A stretch of 63,971 nucleotides of DNA, counting the filler, from Reticulomyxa filosa (lineage: Eukaryota; Protista; Foraminifera): assembly GCA_000512085.1 (NCBI GenBank). It is 22 parts of 22 records of this genome, joined end to end, with 100 filler letters (N's around TTAATTAATTAA, not from the genome) between each part and the next. Parts side by side here need not be neighbours in the genome. Positions count along the whole stretch, not along the records: positions 62,735 to 63,971 come from ASPP01033083.1; 21 more parts are not named here. The stretch is one strand, 5' to 3'. A model generated the notes under the pieces. The model saw only the letters and a list, made by a program, of their open reading frames with translations. It did no database searches and was not told where the DNA came from. A program made the translations under genes and the position numbers. Positions 62,735 through 63,971 of this stretch are shown in pieces; the first letter of the stretch is position 1, and each line of letters begins with the position of its first letter.

Positions 62735-63805
62735 TTTTTTTCATTTGCTTCATTTTCTTCATTTGCTTCATTTTTCTTCATATCTAAAATCTCTGTTTCT
62801 TTCATCTCTTCTTTGCTCAGCCATTCGCTAATGTGTGTTTGCAGGTGTGCTGCTCCATTCAATGTGCCATATACTCCAATGACATTCACACATGTACCAT
62901 TCTCAGTCAAAACTGCAGTACCAGAGCCCAATGGAATAGGCAAAGTATGTTCAAACATCGTCCATTTGTCTTCTTCAATAGAATATTTGTGCACTTTGTT
63001 TCCCCATTTTCCGAAATCCATTCCGCCAAAAAATAGTACATTATTGTCATTAACACGTACATATGCATAATCATTAAGATTTGCAATACTGTCACAAACA
63101 GACAAGCGATGGCCTTGAAATGTATTTCTGTCTTCATCATATTCAATTAACAATCCTGTCTTTTTACAAAATAACAGCATTTCATTCTTTTTTTGATTTC
63201 TGTTTTCACGTCTGGAAATAAAACAAGGGTATCGAATATAACCGTCAACTAGAAAAGTACTACGATTAATACATTTAAAAGGTATTTAAATTGAATACTG
63301 CAATATCTTTTGGAGGATAGGTAATAAACAACAAATGATTATTACTTCCTCCAATTAACGACCTTGCTCCAGTGTAGTCGTCTTCTCCTCTTCCCATTTG
63401 AATTGGAGCGCCGCATCCATCAATTAATGGTTCCCATTTATTGAAAGCCTTATCGGAAATGATATTCTTATTTTCATCGTCATCCCAAACACTCTTGTAA
63501 TACATTCGCAATATATTTTTGTTTATATTACTATCGCCGCCAAAAGACAACAAAGTGATATCATTTGATATTTTATCGTTGTTATTGCGCACATCTGCCA
63601 CCACACAGTCCATATTCTTTTTAATATGCTGTGGATAGGAACAAATTGATTTGTACTGCTTTCTGGTTATATCGTATGAATAGCAGTCCCTTGAGACGCT
63701 TCCACAAAGCAGTATTTCTTTTTTGTACACCACGCATTGACTACGATATAGTGAAACTGGCAGAGAAGGCAATGTTTTAAATCCAGTGACAGTTTGCTTT
63801 GCCAT
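62735..63805 (-). CDS. Kelch-repeat family protein (one 1-nt frame break, C-terminus cut by spacer)
   Basis: MAKQTVTGFKTLPSLP..LYRSQCV..KKEILLCG...GARSLIGGSNNHLLFITYPPKDIAVFNLNTF. Removing one base at 63277-63280 joins it to MLLFCKKTGLLIEYDE...VHKYSIEEDKWTMFEHTLP. Confidence 0.88.
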
Positions 63806-63971
63806 AGTTGTTGGTAACGTCAAAAACCTTTGGCAATTTTTTTAAGTAAATGGAAACAAAAAAAAAAAACAACTGTTTTTGGAAAAACAGAGCCAAAGGG
63901 AATTAATAATCATTGTAGTTTATTATCTGTGATTATTTTTAATTGAAGTAATGATTGAACAATTACAAGAA

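Noticed and set aside
32449-63280. Programmed ribosomal frameshifting (e.g. TTT-TAA at ~63277; breaks at ~32455, ~55355, ~55720)
   Set aside because: All breaks sit in or beside homopolymer runs, differ in direction and share no motif. Sequencing error or recent mutation is simpler. Raw reads would decide.

Overview
This window is not one locus. It is 22 unrelated contigs joined by 21 artificial 100-nt spacers (N44-TTAATTAATTAA-N44), so adjacency across a spacer is meaningless. Twenty-one contigs are AT-rich, intron-containing eukaryotic DNA. The expanded Kelch and WD40 families, an EFL-type elongation factor, poly-A/TA-rich introns and abundant pseudogenes point by inference to a foraminiferan/rhizarian such as Reticulomyxa filosa. 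One contig (48281-50299) is GC-rich betaproteobacterial DNA (minC, a phasin with likely PhaR operators, a 6PGD-like ORF, LysR). Recognisable eukaryotic genes are DBR1, a TPR protein, an EFL pseudogene, an NF-X1 zinc-finger pseudogene, a decayed PT-repeat mucin-like gene, a POP-type family A DNA polymerase fragment, a RING protein, a CDKL-like kinase remnant and several Kelch/WD40 genes. The most interesting items are (1) a spliced gene in which a bacterial-type LRR module appears inserted inside a bacterial-type Zn-ribbon atypical SDR (29421-33821), (2) a decayed DEP-domain/flavoprotein disulfide reductase fusion (38162-39290) and (3) a 235-bp solo-LTR-like insertion with a 4-bp target-site duplication (42116-42350). 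All family assignments come from motif recognition by eye; no database searches were run.
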